Of a stretch of DNA of 64,000 nt, positions 41,367-51,197 are shown piece by piece. Each line of letters begins with the position of its first letter. Position 1 is the stretch's first letter. The translations under genes and the position numbers were made by a program. This DNA is from Alphaproteobacteria bacterium (GTDB taxonomy: Bacteria > Pseudomonadota > Alphaproteobacteria > MPNO01), in contig CBDFLJ010000002.1 in the NCBI GenBank assembly GCA_965248835.1, positions 2,016,001-2,080,000 on the forward strand. The letters run 5' to 3'. The notes beneath the pieces are model-generated. The model was not told where the DNA came from, did no database searches, and saw only the letters and a list, made by a program, of their open reading frames with translations.

Positions 41367-43046
41367 GTGATGCCTGAACCCGGCGGCGGTCCCAGCGCCC
41401 ATCGCGATCAGTTCGCGGCCGAACATCTTCCGCCCCGCGAGCTGTGGCCCGCCTTCGACTACGACAGCCTGCCGGAGCTGCGCGCCTATCCGGCGCGGAT
41501 GAATTGCGGCGCCGTACTGCTGGACGAGACCGCTGCATCGGGCCACCGCGACCGCCCGGTCCTGCACCTGGACGAGACGACCTGGACCTACGGCCAGCTT
41601 CTCGATCTGTCGAACCGCATCGCCCGGGTGCTGGTCGAGGATTGCGGGCTGGTGCCCGGCAACCGCGTTCTGCTGCGCTCGGCGAACACGCCGATGCTGG
41701 TGGCCTGCTGGTTCGCGGTCCTGAAGGCCGGCGGTATCTGCGTGACGACGATGCAGCTCCTGCGCGCGCGCGAGCTGACCTACATCATCGAGAAATCCCA
41801 GGTCAGCCACGCGCTCTGCGACACGGCCCTGTTCGGGGAGCTCGAAGAAGCGAAGGACCGCACCGGCGGGCTGCTCAAGCACCTGCTGGGCTTCACCCCT
41901 CTCGGAGACCGGCCGGGCGAGGCCACGCTCGACAAGGCCGCGGCGGGAAAGCCTTCCGGCTTCCGGGCCTGCGATACCGCAGCCGATGATACCGCGCTGA
42001 TCGCCTTCACCTCCGGCACGACAGGCAGCCCCAAGGCCACCATGCACTTCCACCGCGACGTGATCGCGATGTGCGACTGCTTCCCGCGCTACCTCGATAT
42101 GTCGGCGCCGGAGGACATCTTCACCGGCACCCCGCCGCTCGCCTTCACCTTCGGGCTCGGAGGGCTGACGGCCTTCCCGATGCGCTTCGGCGCATCGACG
42201 CGGTATTTCCGCAAGCCCATGGCGCCGGAGGAGATGCTGGAGGCGATCGAGCGCTATCGCATCACCAGTCTGTACACCGCGCCCACCGCGTATCGGGTGA
42301 TGGCCGGGCTGGCCGACAAGTTCGACCTGTCGAGCCTGACCAAATGCGTCTCGGCCGGCGAGACCCTGCCCAAGGCGACCTGGGAGGCCTTCCACCAGGC
42401 GACCGGTTTGCCAATCGTCGACGGGCTGGGCTCGACGGAGATGCTGCACATCTTCGTGGCCGCATCGCGCCCGGAAATGCGTGCCGGCTTCACCGGCAAG
42501 GCGATTCCCGGCTATCAGGCCCGCGTGGTCGATGACCAGGGCAATCCGCTGCCGCCCGGCCGGGCCGGGCTGCTGGCCACCCGCGGACCCACCGGATGCC
42601 GCTATCTCGACGATCAGGAGCGCCAGCAGATCTATGTCCGCAAGGGCTGGAACTATCCGGGCGACGTCTACGAGATCAACGACGACGGCTATTTCCGCTA
42701 TGTCGCCCGCGCCGACGACATGATCATCTCGGCCGGCTACAACATCTCGGGGCCCGAAGTGGAGGGTGCGCTGCTCGACCATCCCGCGGTCGCCGAATGC
42801 GCGGTCATCGCAAAGCCCGATGTCCAGCGCACCAACATCGTCAAGGCCTTCGTGGTCTTGCGCGAGGGCGCCGGCCGGGACGATGCAACGGCGCAGGCGT
42901 TGCAGGACTTCGTCAAGGCCGAGATCGCGCCCTACAAATATCCACGCGAGATCGAGTTCGTCGACGAACTGCCCAAGACCGAAACCGGCAAGCTGCAGCG
43001 CTTTCGCCTGCGTCGGCAGGAAGCCGGGGAGCCGTCGCAGACGTGA
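41367..43046 (+). CDS. abmG: 2-aminobenzoate-CoA ligase (AbmG-like)
   Basis: FTSGTTGSPK, PPLAFTFGLG, SAGE, DGLGSTEMLH, GPTGCRY, APYKYPR; abm context. Confidence 0.82.
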   Translation: MMPEPGGGPSAHRDQFAAEHLPPRELWPAFDYDSLPELRAYPARMNCGAVLLDETAASGHRDRPVLHLDETTWTYGQLLDLSNRIARVLVEDCGLVPGNRVLLRSANTPMLVACWFAVLKAGGICVTTMQLLRARELTYIIEKSQVSHALCDTALFGELEEAKDRTGGLLKHLLGFTPLGDRPGEATLDKAAAGKPSGFRACDTAADDTALIAFTSGTTGSPKATMHFHRDVIAMCDCFPRYLDMSAPEDIFTGTPPLAFTFGLGGLTAFPMRFGASTRYFRKPMAPEEMLEAIERYRITSLYTAPTAYRVMAGLADKFDLSSLTKCVSAGETLPKATWEAFHQATGLPIVDGLGSTEMLHIFVAASRPEMRAGFTGKAIPGYQARVVDDQGNPLPPGRAGLLATRGPTGCRYLDDQERQQIYVRKGWNYPGDVYEINDDGYFRYVARADDMIISAGYNISGPEVEGALLDHPAVAECAVIAKPDVQRTNIVKAFVVLREGAGRDDATAQALQDFVKAEIAPYKYPREIEFVDELPKTETGKLQRFRLRRQEAGEPSQT

Positions 43047-44227
43047 GCCGGCGCAAGATCCTGATCGCCGGCGCGGGGCTCGGCGGCCTGTCCGCCGCAT
43101 GCTGCCTGCTCCAGGCCGGACACGATGTCGAGATATACGAACAGGCGTCCGAACTGGGCGAGGTCGGCGCCGGGATCCAACTCAGCGCCAACGCGATGCA
43201 CGTGCTCGCCTCGCTCGGTCTGGCCGACGCGATCTCGGCGATCTCCGTCCGGCCGGGAGCCTATGTCTTCCGGCTGTTCGATACCGGCGAGATCATCGAC
43301 CAGTTCCCGCTGTCCGATGCGCATCTGGCGCTTCACGGCGCACCCTACAACCAGATCCACCGCGCGGACCTTCACGACCTGCTGGCCGCCCGTGTCGGCG
43401 CGCTCAAGCCCGATGTCATCCACCTCGACAAACGCGTGACCGGCTTCACCGAGGGCGATGACGGCGTCGTGCTGCGCTTTGCCGATGGAACGCGCGCCCG
43501 CGGCGACCTGCTGATCGGGGCCGACGGGCTCAAGTCGGTGGTCCGCGACGGGATCTGCGGCGCGATGCCGGCGTTCTATACCGGCAATGCGGTCTGGCGG
43601 TTGATCGTGCCGCGCGCGCAACTGCCCCGGGACTTCATCGAACAGGTCATGTCGGTGTGGATGGGTCCCGGCCGCCATGCGGTGGGCTATTACATCCGCG
43701 GCGGCGCGCTGTTCAATTTCGCCGGCAGCGTCGAGACCGAAGACGTCAGCGAGGAATCCTGGACCACGCGGCTTCCCTGGGAGACCCTGATGGCCGATTT
43801 CTCCGGGTGGAACCGGACCGTCCAGACGATCATCGAGCTTGCCGACCGGGAGGCCTGCTATCGCTGGTCGCTGTTCCGCCGCCCGGTGCCCGATGTGTGG
43901 AGTTCAGCGTGCGCGACCATCCTGGGCGATGCCGCGCATGCCACGCTCCCCTATCTCGCCCAGGGGGCTGCGATGGCGATCGAGGATGGCGCGGTCCTTG
44001 CCCGCGCACTCGACCAGGCCGACGCGCTGGCCGATGCGCTGGAGCTCTACCAGCGCAACCGGATCGAGCGCACCAGGCGGGTGGTCGATCAATCGAAAGT
44101 CATGGGGCGGCGGTTTCATCTCGACAGCGAGGCGGCGATTCGCGCTTCTTTCGCCGACCGCAACGAGGGCGCGGACCGCAACGATTGGCTGTATTCCTAC
44201 AACCCGCTGACGGTCCCGCTGACCTGA
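43043..44227 (+). CDS. FAD-dependent aromatic monooxygenase (salicylate/3-hydroxybenzoate 6-hydroxylase-like)
   Basis: GAGLGG, EVGAGIQ, HRADL, GADG, GDAAH..LPYLAQGA.MAIEDG; GTG start overlapping ligase stop. Confidence 0.88.
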   Translation: MSRRKILIAGAGLGGLSAACCLLQAGHDVEIYEQASELGEVGAGIQLSANAMHVLASLGLADAISAISVRPGAYVFRLFDTGEIIDQFPLSDAHLALHGAPYNQIHRADLHDLLAARVGALKPDVIHLDKRVTGFTEGDDGVVLRFADGTRARGDLLIGADGLKSVVRDGICGAMPAFYTGNAVWRLIVPRAQLPRDFIEQVMSVWMGPGRHAVGYYIRGGALFNFAGSVETEDVSEESWTTRLPWETLMADFSGWNRTVQTIIELADREACYRWSLFRRPVPDVWSSACATILGDAAHATLPYLAQGAAMAIEDGAVLARALDQADALADALELYQRNRIERTRRVVDQSKVMGRRFHLDSEAAIRASFADRNEGADRNDWLYSYNPLTVPLT

Positions 44228-45579
44228 TCGCGGCCCAGCGGCAGCGGCTGCTCGGCGAGCATGGCGGCCAGGACGACCTCGCGGACGCGTTCGGGGTCCA
44301 GGCCGTAGGACTCGATCATGTCGGCGGTCTCGGCAATGATCGCGTCGGCGTCCTGCATGAGTTTCAGGCGCTTGAACAGGTCGGGACGGGCGAGCCCCAT
44401 GCTCTCACCGACCAGTTCCATGAAATTGACCACCTCGAAGGGCCAGTCGCGCTCGTGGCTGCAGAGCTCGCGGTGACAGGCGTGGTAAATGCCGGCGAGC
44501 GCCGTGACGCCCGCCGCCTCGGCCGCCGCGAGCTGTTCGGCATGGACATCGCGCTTGTACTCGGGGAGCACCGAGAGCGTGTTGCACATGTAGCCCACGC
44601 GCGGCTGTGCGAGATCGACGAATTCGAGCCCGGGGATCGCGCGCAGGATCTTCTCGGCGGCCTCGGTGATGCCAGGAACGCCGGGATGCTCGTGAAGGCC
44701 GACCCGCTTGTCGACCGGTCGGGTCATCAGCGGACGCAGCGCATCGAGCCTGCCTGCGAGATAGACGACGAACGGCGTCAGGTCGAAGGGTGAGCCTTCG
44801 ACGCGGGCGTAGGTCTCCAGCGCCGCCTCGCCGAGATGGACCTGACAGCTCGGACACCAGGACAGGACCTCGCCGACGCCGGTCTCGGCGAACCGGTCGA
44901 TCGTGCGGTAGGCGCTCGCGCCGAATTTTTCCAGGTCGCCCGAAGTGAACTGATAGACCCCACAGCAAAACGACGGACCGCCGCGCACGACATAGCGCAC
45001 GCCCAGCGCGTCCATCACATCCAGGCACAACAGCGCGATGTGCGGGGTCTTCAGGACATTGCAGCCGGTGTAGAAGACGGTGTCGGGATCCTCCGGCTCG
45101 GGGTCGGGATCGTCGAGCTGTCCCAGCCGTGCCAGCAGGTCCGGCGCGAGCTGCAGCCGTGACAGCGTGCGCACGCCGCGGCTCATGGCCCCGAACTGCT
45201 TGCCGCCGCCGGCCCGCAGCGCCGCCGGGTCGAGATCGCCGCGCAGCCCGCTGATCCGCGCAAGCCGCAGCATAAAACGCGGGTTGACGCCGTACTCGCA
45301 GGCCGAGATGCAGTGCCCGCTCCCGGTGCAGATTTCGGACCAGCGGCGCGCGGCTTCCGGCCCCTGTCCGGTCTTCAGCAACGCGATCACGCCGGCGGTC
45401 ACGGCAGCGGAGTCCGTCACGTCCAGCCCGGCGGGCCCGGGCATCGGGCAGACCTCGACACATTTGCCGCACTTGACGCAGCTTTCCAGGATCTCGGCAC
45501 GCCGTGAGTCCAGCGCCCGCATGAAATCAACAGATCGGTCCGAACCGTCAGGCATGAGACCGCTTCCCTCGACAATCAT
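44197..45579 (-). CDS. (Fe-S)-binding oxidoreductase with CCG domains (GlcF/HdrD-like)
   Basis: CVKCGKCVEVCP, CTGSGHCISAC, YTGC, CCG, CPSC, HAC; start may be ATG at 45555. Confidence 0.82.
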   Translation of the reverse strand: MIVEGSGLMPDGSDRSVDFMRALDSRRAEILESCVKCGKCVEVCPMPGPAGLDVTDSAAVTAGVIALLKTGQGPEAARRWSEICTGSGHCISACEYGVNPRFMLRLARISGLRGDLDPAALRAGGGKQFGAMSRGVRTLSRLQLAPDLLARLGQLDDPDPEPEDPDTVFYTGCNVLKTPHIALLCLDVMDALGVRYVVRGGPSFCCGVYQFTSGDLEKFGASAYRTIDRFAETGVGEVLSWCPSCQVHLGEAALETYARVEGSPFDLTPFVVYLAGRLDALRPLMTRPVDKRVGLHEHPGVPGITEAAEKILRAIPGLEFVDLAQPRVGYMCNTLSVLPEYKRDVHAEQLAAAEAAGVTALAGIYHACHRELCSHERDWPFEVVNFMELVGESMGLARPDLFKRLKLMQDADAIIAETADMIESYGLDPERVREVVLAAMLAEQPLPLGRDQVSGTVSGL

Positions 45580-45612
45580 TCGTCGTTCATCATAACACAG
45601 CCCGGGCGCGGC

Positions 45613-48027
45613 TCACCCCGGGCGTGCGCCGCTCGCGCCGGCGGCGCCGACCGCGGCGCCCTTCTGTTCCCATTCCTCGGAGCCGGCGTCGGTGCGGAAG
45701 CGGCGTCTTGCGGCATGCTCGGCCGGCTTGGCCGCCTCGCGCAGCTCCTCGACCGCCTCGCGCTCGCGCGCGAACTGGCGGTAGGCGGCGAACTTCGCCG
45801 AGATGTACTGGTCCGGCCAGTCGATCGGCTCATAGCCGTAATGGGCCGCAGCCTGCTGGGTGAAATAGGGGTTGTAGAGATGGGTGCGGGCAAGCGCCAC
45901 CAGGTCGGCGCGGCCCGCCGCGACGATGGTGTTGACCTGGTCCCAGGTGAAGATGTTGCCGGCGACCAAGGTCGGGACCCCGGCATCGATCCGGATCTGC
46001 TCGGAGAACGGGGTCTGGAACATCCTCCCGTAGACCGGCTTTTCTTCCGATGCGGTCTGGCCGGTGGAGACGTTGACCAGATCGACCCCGTGGGCACGGA
46101 ACGCCTTGGCGATCGCCACCGCGTCCTCGCCCTGGTTGCCGCCGGGGACCCAGTCATGGGCCGAGATCCTGGTCGACAGCGCCCGGTCGGACGGCCAGAC
46201 GGCCTTGACCGCATCGAAGACCTCCAGCGGGTAGCGCAGCCTGTTCTCCACGCTGCCGCCGTATTCGTCGGTCCGCCGGTTGGTATAGGGCGACAGGAAC
46301 TCGGCCAGGAGATAGCCGTGGGCGCAGTGGAGCTCGGCCATGTCGAAGCCGGCCCGCGCCGCGCGCTCGAACGCGGCCACGAAATCGGCCTTCACCCGGT
46401 CCATGTCCTCGCGCGTCATCGCGCGCGGGACCTGGGAATGGGGCAGGTACGGCAAGGGCGAGGGCGCGATGATCGGCCACGCCTGGGCATCGTCCAGCGG
46501 CTGGTCGATCCCTTCCCAGGCGAGCTTCGTTGCGCCCTTGCGCCCGGCATGGCCGATTTGCATGCAGATCTTGGCCGGCGTGTATTGGTGCACGAAGTCG
46601 ACCACCCGCTTCCAGGCGGCCTCGTGGCCGTCGGTCCAGATGCCGGCGCAGCCGTGGGTTATCCGCGCGTCGGGCGCGATGCAGCTCATCTCGGTGAACA
46701 CCAGCCCTGGCCCGCCCATCGCCCGGCTGGTGAGATGGACGTAGTGCCAGTCACCGGGCATTCCGTCCTCGGCGCAGTACTGGCACATCGGCGCGACGAC
46801 GACGCGGTTGGCGAGCCGGATCCCGCCGATGGTTGCCGGCGTAAACATCGGTGGCGCGGGGTCCTCGGCCAGCGCGGTCACGCCTTCGGCCGTGGCGACC
46901 GCCGACGAGAACGCGCGGTCGACCTCGGCGACGAAGGACGCATCGCGGATCCTGAGGTTGTCGTAGGTGAGCGCCTTGGAACGCGACATCAGGCTGAAGG
47001 CGAACTGCATCGGCTCCATGTCCCAATAGCGCTCGACGTGCTCGAACCAGGACAGCGAGACGTCGGCGGCGTGCTGCAGCCGACCGACATCGTCGCGCCG
47101 GTTGACGTCGTAGGCGGCCAGCGCCCCGGCGACGCTGCCGTGTTGGTTGAACTCCTCGAACAGCGCGATCGCGTCCTCCATCGCGAGCTTGGTGCCCGAG
47201 CCGATCGAGAAATGCGCGGTGTGAGCGGCATCGCCCATGAGCACCATGTTGTCCCGCACCCAGGTCTCGCAGCGGATGGTCGGGAAGTTCCGCCACAATG
47301 AGCGGTTGGCGATCACCGGATGTCCGTCGAGCAGATCGGCGTAGAGCTCGCTGACATAGGCGATCGTGTCGTCTTCGGATGCCTCGGCGAGACCGGCCTT
47401 GTCCCAAACCTCGTCCGTGGTCTCGACGATCCAGGTCGTCATTTCGTTGTTGTACTGGTAGGCGTGCAGGTTCCAGATGCCGACATTGTTCTCGCGGAAA
47501 TCGAAGGTGAAGGCCGGCAGCGGCCGCGTGCTGCCGAGCCAGACGAATTTGTTGGGCCGCCAGTCGACGCTCGGCCGGAAATGCTCGGCGTAGGTGTCGC
47601 GGATCCAGCTATTGATGCCGTTGCATGCGAGCACCAAATCGGCGCCTCCGACCTCCTCGAGCGAGCGGATCTCGTGCTCGAAGACCATCTCGATGCCGAG
47701 CTCGCGGCAGCGGTCCTGGAGCAGCAGCAGCAGCTCCTTGCGCGACATGCCGCAGAAGCCGTGGCCGCCGGAGGTGATCTTGCGGCCCCTGAAATAGATG
47801 TCGATGTCATCCCAATAGGCGAAGCTCGACCGGATCCGGTCGTAGGACGGCGCGTCGTAGTCGCGGAAATGACCCAATGTCTCGGCCGAGAAGACCACGC
47901 CGAAGCCGAACGTGTCGTCGGGCTTGTTCTGCTCGTAGATCGTGATTTCGTGGCTCGGGTCGTTGCCCTTCATCAGCAACGAGAAATAGAACCCTGCCGG
48001 CCCACCGCCGATCACCTCGATCTTCAT
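45613..48027 (-). CDS. abmA: Bifunctional 2-aminobenzoyl-CoA monooxygenase/reductase (salicylyl-CoA 5-hydroxylase family)
   Basis: N-terminal GGGPAG, DTFGFGVVFS, GDAAHTAHFSIGSGTKLAMED fused to an OYE domain (PMCQY, H.AHGYL, NRRTDEYGGS.ENR). Confidence 0.9.
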   Translation of the reverse strand: MKIEVIGGGPAGFYFSLLMKGNDPSHEITIYEQNKPDDTFGFGVVFSAETLGHFRDYDAPSYDRIRSSFAYWDDIDIYFRGRKITSGGHGFCGMSRKELLLLLQDRCRELGIEMVFEHEIRSLEEVGGADLVLACNGINSWIRDTYAEHFRPSVDWRPNKFVWLGSTRPLPAFTFDFRENNVGIWNLHAYQYNNEMTTWIVETTDEVWDKAGLAEASEDDTIAYVSELYADLLDGHPVIANRSLWRNFPTIRCETWVRDNMVLMGDAAHTAHFSIGSGTKLAMEDAIALFEEFNQHGSVAGALAAYDVNRRDDVGRLQHAADVSLSWFEHVERYWDMEPMQFAFSLMSRSKALTYDNLRIRDASFVAEVDRAFSSAVATAEGVTALAEDPAPPMFTPATIGGIRLANRVVVAPMCQYCAEDGMPGDWHYVHLTSRAMGGPGLVFTEMSCIAPDARITHGCAGIWTDGHEAAWKRVVDFVHQYTPAKICMQIGHAGRKGATKLAWEGIDQPLDDAQAWPIIAPSPLPYLPHSQVPRAMTREDMDRVKADFVAAFERAARAGFDMAELHCAHGYLLAEFLSPYTNRRTDEYGGSVENRLRYPLEVFDAVKAVWPSDRALSTRISAHDWVPGGNQGEDAVAIAKAFRAHGVDLVNVSTGQTASEEKPVYGRMFQTPFSEQIRIDAGVPTLVAGNIFTWDQVNTIVAAGRADLVALARTHLYNPYFTQQAAAHYGYEPIDWPDQYISAKFAAYRQFAREREAVEELREAAKPAEHAARRRFRTDAGSEEWEQKGAAVGAAGASGARPG

Positions 48028-48055
48028 CGCCGTCTCCCGGTTCGCTCAAAATTTA

Positions 48056-48108
48056 TTTGAAGCTTAAATTATTTTCGCCTTCAAGGTCAATTTATTTTAG
48101 GTCTAAAC
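48056..48108. promoter_or_regulatory. Tandem candidate MarR operators upstream of abmA
   Basis: TTTGAA-GC-TTAAAT (48056), TTTTAG-GT-CTAAAC (48095), weaker TTTTCG-CC-TTCAAG (48072). Confidence 0.55.
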
Positions 48109-48170
48109 GATTATCCCAACGACGCCGCGGACGAGCGGGGCCGCCCCGCCTCCCGGGCTTGAGACCCGGC

Positions 48171-48689
48171 TCAGTCGAACAGGTCGGGCTGGCGGCCGTC
48201 GCGCTTGGGGCGGTCCCGCGCCGCGACCGTCGCCTCGTCCTCGATACGGCCGTCGCCGCGGATATGGAGCACCCGAGCACCCTTGGCCCGGAGCGGCGGG
48301 ACAAGCAGGAACCGGCGGTGGCAGCGGCGCGGATCCTCCTCGGCGCAGACCAGTGCCAGGCGCCGGGAGCCGGCGCGGTCGTATACCGCATCGATGTCGG
48401 CCTGAAAGGCGGGCCAGGCACGCACCGCGTCCCAGTCGGGCGCGCCATCGGCGTCACGCAAGCCGGACGCGCTCGGCCGTCCCGACAAGGTCTCGCCGAA
48501 CCAGGCGTAGGCGATGCCGGAAGCTTCGAGCGCTGCGCGGAAGCGCTCTCGGTTGAACTGCGGGTTGAAGCGGGAATAGGGCTGGCCCCGGACATCGACG
48601 ATCAGGGCGACGTCATGCCGGCGGGCGAGCTCGACGAATCTCGCAATCGGATGGCGCGAATGGCCGAGCGTCCAGAGCGTGCGGCTCAT
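48171..48689 (-). CDS. DUF488 family protein
   Basis: TLGHS, DVR..PYSR.NPQFN, L.GR, CAE.DP.RCHR. Confidence 0.88.
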   Translation of the reverse strand: MSRTLWTLGHSRHPIARFVELARRHDVALIVDVRGQPYSRFNPQFNRERFRAALEASGIAYAWFGETLSGRPSASGLRDADGAPDWDAVRAWPAFQADIDAVYDRAGSRRLALVCAEEDPRRCHRRFLLVPPLRAKGARVLHIRGDGRIEDEATVAARDRPKRDGRQPDLFD

Positions 48690-48776
48690 GATCCGATATC
48701 CAAGGCGAGAACCCGCGCATTGGACCGTGCAACGATCTCGAGCATCCCTGCGCCCCTCGCCGGAGCGGACAGACTA

Positions 48777-49478
48777 TCAAACGCCGAGATAGCGGTGCTG
48801 GATTTCCTCGGCGCCGCGCAGCGCCTCGGAATCGCCCTGCCAGACGATCTGGCCCCGCTCGACGATGTAGTGGCGGTCGCCGATCCGGGTCAGCGCCTCG
48901 ACCGACTTGTCGATCAACAGGATCGACTGACCTTCCGTCTTCAGGCTGGCCAGGCATTTCCAGATCTCGGTGCGGACCAGCGGCGCCAAGCCTTCGGTCG
49001 CCTCGTCGAGAATCAGAAGCTTGGGATTGGTCATCAGCGCGCGGCCTACCGCCAGCATCTGCTGTTCACCGCCGGACAGCTGCACGCCCATGTTGCCGGC
49101 GCGCTCGGCGAGCCCGGGGAAAAGATCGAAGACCCGATCCTGCGTCCACGGTGTGGGGTTGTCCGCCCGGTTCGCGGCCGTCGCCACCAGGTTCTCCCGG
49201 ACGGTGAGATTGGGGAAGATCTGGCGTCCCTCGGGGACCAGCCCCAGCCCCTTCTGGCCGATCCGGTAGGACGGGCTGCCGCGGATCTCATCGCCCTCGA
49301 AACGGATCGAGCCCGCCTTGGTCGGCGTCAGCCCCATGATCGAGCGGATGGTGGTGGTCTTGCCCATGCCGTTGCGGCCCATCAGGGTGACCACCTCCCC
49401 GGCTTCGACGGAAAACGTCATGCCGAACAGCACCTGGGAGGGACCGTAGGCGGTCTCGAGGTCCTTTACCTCAAGCAA
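48777..49478 (-). CDS. ABC ATP-binding protein (LivF-like)
   Basis: GRNGMGKTT, LSGGEQQM, DEATEGLAP; TTG start inferred. Confidence 0.9.
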   Translation of the reverse strand: MLEVKDLETAYGPSQVLFGMTFSVEAGEVVTLMGRNGMGKTTTIRSIMGLTPTKAGSIRFEGDEIRGSPSYRIGQKGLGLVPEGRQIFPNLTVRENLVATAANRADNPTPWTQDRVFDLFPGLAERAGNMGVQLSGGEQQMLAVGRALMTNPKLLILDEATEGLAPLVRTEIWKCLASLKTEGQSILLIDKSVEALTRIGDRHYIVERGQIVWQGDSEALRGAEEIQHRYLGV

Positions 49479-50232
49479 CGGGCTGTTCCTCCTCGCCGAG
49501 ATAGGCCGCGCGCACCTCGGCATTGGCGCGGATCGCCTTGGGCGTGCCGGTTGCGATCGCCCGGCCGTAGACCAGGACCGTGATGCGATCGGCCAGCGCG
49601 AAGACGGTGTCCATGTCGTGCTCGATCAGCAGCATCGAGTAGTTGCCCTTGAGCGATCCGAGGAACGCCGTCATCTGCTGGGAGTCCTCGGCCCCCATGC
49701 CGGCGGTTGGCTCGTCCAGCAGAAGCAGCTTCGGCCCGGTGGCCAGCGCCATTGCGATCTCGAGTTGGCGCTGCTCGCCGTGGGCGAGATTGGCGGCGAG
49801 CACTCCGGCGCGTTCGCCGAGACCGACCCGGCCGAGGATCTCCCGCGCCGGCCCGTTCAATGCCTCGTCGTTGAGCGCCGGTCGCCACATCCGGAAGCTG
49901 TGCCCGGAATGCGCCTGGATCGACAGTGCGACATTCTCCAGAGCGGAGAAGTTCTTGAAGATCGAGGTGATCTGGAACGAGCGCGCAAGCCCGGCGTGCG
50001 AGCGCGCCGGCGCCTTGAGGTCGGTGATGTCCTTGCCGTCGAACAGAATGCGGCCGCTGTCGGGGGTGATCATGCCCGAGAGCTGGGCAACGAACGTCGT
50101 CTTGCCGGCGCCGTTGGGGCCGATCACCGCGTGGATCTCGCCCGGCATGACCTCGAAGTCGAGGTTCTCGGTCGCGACCACCCCGCCGAAATGCTTGTTC
50201 AGCCCCTCGACCTTGAGGATCGGCTCAGCCAT
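49471..50232 (-). CDS. ABC ATP-binding protein (LivG-like)
   Basis: GPNGAGKTT, HGEQRQLE, DEPTAGM, IEHDM. Confidence 0.92.
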   Translation of the reverse strand: MAEPILKVEGLNKHFGGVVATENLDFEVMPGEIHAVIGPNGAGKTTFVAQLSGMITPDSGRILFDGKDITDLKAPARSHAGLARSFQITSIFKNFSALENVALSIQAHSGHSFRMWRPALNDEALNGPAREILGRVGLGERAGVLAANLAHGEQRQLEIAMALATGPKLLLLDEPTAGMGAEDSQQMTAFLGSLKGNYSMLLIEHDMDTVFALADRITVLVYGRAIATGTPKAIRANAEVRAAYLGEEEQPVA

Positions 50233-51193
50233 CGCGCGCCCGGCCGCCGGGGATCAGCCCCCACAGACCCTGCTTGGCGAACAGCACGAGAATGACCAGG
50301 AGCGGGCCGAAGATGAAATGCCAGTTCTCGCCCGAGCCGGCGATGAAGAGCTCCATCACCTCGGGCACCCACTCCTCGAACAGGAGATAAGCCGCGGCCC
50401 CGAAGGCCGGCCCGAACAGCGAGCCCATGCCGCCCACGAGCACCATGATCATGATCTCGCCCGAACGGAACCAGTGCATGAATTCCGGGGTGACGAACTC
50501 GGTGAGGTTGGCCAGCAGGGCGCCGGCGACTCCGCACATGGCCCCCGAGATGACGAAGGCGATCAGCTTGTACTGGAACGTCGGGAAGCCGATCGCCTGC
50601 ATCCGGTCTTCGTTGGAGTGGCAACCGCGCACGACCATGCCGAAGCGCGAATTGATCAGCCGGTGCATCAAAAAGACGGTGACGATCAGGAAGGCGAGGA
50701 TGACGTAGTAGAGGTTGACCTCCTCATAGAGGTCGAAGCCGGCGAAGAACTCGCTGCGGTCCGAATTGAGCCCGTCGTCGCCGCCATACTCCTCCAGGCT
50801 GATGCCCAGGAAATAGAGCATCTGGGTCAGGGCCAGGGTGATCATGATGAAATAGATCCCGCGGGTCCTGAGGCAGATCGCGCCGATGACCAGGGCGACC
50901 AGGGCAGAGCCGATGATGGCGATCGCGAATTGCAGCCACCCGTTGGTCACGCCATAGAACGACATGATGCCGACCGCATAGGCGCCGAGGCCCAGATAGG
51001 CGGCATGTCCGAAGCTGATCATCCCGCCGAAACCGAGGATCAGGTCGAGGCTCACCGCCGCGATCGCGAAGATCATGATCCGCGCGAACAGCGTGACGTA
51101 GAAATCATCGCCCGCCGCCTCTGCGATCGGGGGGACCACCGCCAGGATGACGAGGCCGGCAGCCAGGACCCAGAGCTTCGTTCGGCTCAGCAC
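50225..51193 (-). CDS. Branched-chain ABC permease (LivM-like)
   Basis: SFGHAAY.GLGAY, YFIMITLA, GGDDG, GGMGSLFGP. Confidence 0.92.
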   Translation of the reverse strand: MLSRTKLWVLAAGLVILAVVPPIAEAAGDDFYVTLFARIMIFAIAAVSLDLILGFGGMISFGHAAYLGLGAYAVGIMSFYGVTNGWLQFAIAIIGSALVALVIGAICLRTRGIYFIMITLALTQMLYFLGISLEEYGGDDGLNSDRSEFFAGFDLYEEVNLYYVILAFLIVTVFLMHRLINSRFGMVVRGCHSNEDRMQAIGFPTFQYKLIAFVISGAMCGVAGALLANLTEFVTPEFMHWFRSGEIMIMVLVGGMGSLFGPAFGAAAYLLFEEWVPEVMELFIAGSGENWHFIFGPLLVILVLFAKQGLWGLIPGGRARDG

Positions 51194-51197
51194 GGCA

